Origin: Armatimonadota bacterium
Lineage (GTDB): Bacteria; Armatimonadota; Zipacnadia; Zipacnadales; UBA5352
DNA: 18,265 nucleotides
Direction of reading: 5' to 3'
Assembly (NCBI GenBank): GCA_034722055.1
Contig: JAYENL010000306.1
Location: forward strand, 1 to 18,265
The notes below the pieces were generated by a model. That model was given only the letters and a program-made list of their open reading frames with translations. It did not search any database and was not told where the DNA came from. The number at the start of each line of letters is the position of its first letter. Position 1 is the stretch's first letter. The position numbers were made by a program, and so were the translations under genes. Below are positions 17,011 through 18,265 of the stretch, one piece after another.

Positions 17011-17817
17011 CTACGAGGCGTGGGCGCGTATGGTGGCCAGGGCGGTGGCGGGCCACGCTGCGGCGGTGGGGCGCGGGTGCTGGGATGCCGCCGGAAGGCT
17101 GCAGACGATGCCCGGCTGGCTCTCCATCAGCTCCACTGTCCCCCCGTGCCCCTCGCAGATTCGCCGGGCTGCGTCGAGTGAGAGGTCCTCAAGGCTGAGG
17201 CCCTGCGCCCGCGCCGAGACGCCCTCATCCGTGGACTCCACCCGCACGGCCAGCTCCACGGAGGGCTGGCAGCTACCACCTGTGGGCGCCTCAAGCTCCA
17301 GGAGCACTCTCTCGCCGGGTCTGCTGACGCCCATCACGGCGCGGGTTGTGCTGGTCACGACGTGGCGAAGCTGCTGGTGGTCGCCCATCACCTGCGGGAG
17401 GCCGCCGCCAGCGTCGAGCACCAGCCAGGCGCCCAGCGAGTGGGCCTCCGCGGCCAGCTTGCGCACCACCTGCCGCGCCACGTTGTAGAGGTCCACGGCG
17501 GCCATCTCGCCAGGGTTTGCCCCGCCCTCGCTACCCGCCACTACTACGAAGTCGTCGAGCAGGCCGTCGATGCGGCTGCTCTGCTCGGCGATCATGGTCA
17601 GCAGCTCAGTGCGTGCCCCGGCGTCCAGGTCGTTCTGCAGCATGTACTCGGCGGCGGCCCCGACCGAGGTGAGCAGCGAGCGCAACTGGTGGGCGAAGCG
17701 GCGAATGATGTCGGATCCCACCCGGCCCGCCTGCTGACGAGGGTCGGGCATGAGTGTGGCGCCTTCGGCGGCATGTAGGGGGCCTGAGGCTCCGGGAGAC
17801 TGTGTCGGCTCGGCCAT
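17011..17817 (-). CDS. Sensor-less histidine-kinase-like protein (HisKA + degenerate HATPase)
   Basis: GGAGGG before ATG at 17817; H-box-like FAHQLRSLLTSV, RIDGLLDDF, LPQVMGDHQQLRHVV, ARRICEGHGGTV; N, G1 and G2 boxes degenerate. Confidence 0.8.
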   Translation of the reverse strand: MAEPTQSPGASGPLHAAEGATLMPDPRQQAGRVGSDIIRRFAHQLRSLLTSVGAAAEYMLQNDLDAGARTELLTMIAEQSSRIDGLLDDFVVVAGSEGGANPGEMAAVDLYNVARQVVRKLAAEAHSLGAWLVLDAGGGLPQVMGDHQQLRHVVTSTTRAVMGVSRPGERVLLELEAPTGGSCQPSVELAVRVESTDEGVSARAQGLSLEDLSLDAARRICEGHGGTVELMESQPGIVCSLPAASQHPRPTAAAWPATALATIRAHAS

Positions 17818-17858
17818 CGTGACGCCCTCCGTGCAATCGTGTCGGTGGCCTATGGTCA

Positions 17859-17885
17859 GTATCGGCGTCCGCGGCCGAATCTTGA
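17859..17885 (-). promoter_or_regulatory. Sigma28 (FliA)-type promoter for the kinase-like gene
   Basis: Minus strand reads TCAAG-N14-GCCGATAC, ending 41 nt before the ATG at 17817. Confidence 0.65.
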
Positions 17886-17946
17886 GGGGCCTTCCGGTGG
17901 GCTGCGGCTGCCACAAGGCGCGCTGCACGGTTGCATGTCCGTTACC

Positions 17947-17974
17947 TCAAGTGGCGGTCTCGCCGGGCCGATAA
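17947..17974 (+). promoter_or_regulatory. Sigma28 (FliA)-type promoter for flagellin
   Basis: TCAAG (17947-17951), 15-bp spacer, GCCGATAA (17967-17974), a perfect sigma28 -10 element. Confidence 0.85.
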
Positions 17975-18138
17975 CACAGGTGGCGGCAGGGGGCTCGCGT
18001 ATGCAGCGGGCGCCCACGCCGGACGGACTCTCGCGCCGGAGCGCCAGTGCGGGAGGTGAAGAATCCAAGCCCCGCCACCGCGGGGATTCTGGGGCGCGCC
18101 GACGGCGCCCCGGCGTGACGGACAAAGGAGGACAGACC

Positions 18139-18265
18139 ATGTCCCTTACGCGTATCAACCACAACATCAGTTCCATCAATGCGCAGCGGAATCTGGAGAT
18201 CAACTCCAGCCGTATCGGCCGGTCGATCGAGCGGCTCGCCAGCGGTCTGCGCATCAACCGCGGCG
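18139..18265 (+). CDS. fliC: Flagellin, N-terminal part (runs off the window)
   Basis: AAGGAGG RBS then MSLTRINHNISSINAQRNLEINSSRIGRSIERLASGLRINRG, a classic flagellin N-terminus; absent from the ORF track. Confidence 0.95.
   Translation, partial: MSLTRINHNISSINAQRNLEINSSRIGRSIERLASGLRINRG

Overview
GC-rich bacterial chromosomal window. The many secreted glycoside-hydrolase-like proteins and the flagellin suggest an Armatimonadota-like organism, but this is only an impression. From left to right: (i) a probable IS end cutting off a DUF1080-type gene; (ii) a divergent pair of secreted glycoside-hydrolase-like genes; (iii) a decayed mobile patch (~4.0-6.9 kb) with an IS1182/IS5-like transposase pseudogene, an IS4 remnant and a truncated PIN-like gene; (iv) an amidohydrolase divergent from a nucleoside hydrolase and a secreted protein; (v) a sigma70-driven cluster of six tRNAs (Leu-GAG, Val-CAC, Gly-CCC, Gly-GCC, Cys-GCA, Leu-TAA), with a 10-bp tandem array of 40-bp higher-order period directly in front of tRNA-Leu(TAA); (vi) an orphan beta-class DNA methyltransferase, a beta-propeller protein, a GH43-like protein and a flippase-like membrane protein; (vii) a sensor-less, ATPase-degenerate histidine-kinase-like gene and a flagellin gene, transcribed divergently, each behind its own sigma28-type promoter. 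The best leads are the sigma28 pseudokinase/flagellin pair and the tandem array in the tRNA cluster. All family assignments are from motif recognition by eye; no searches were run.
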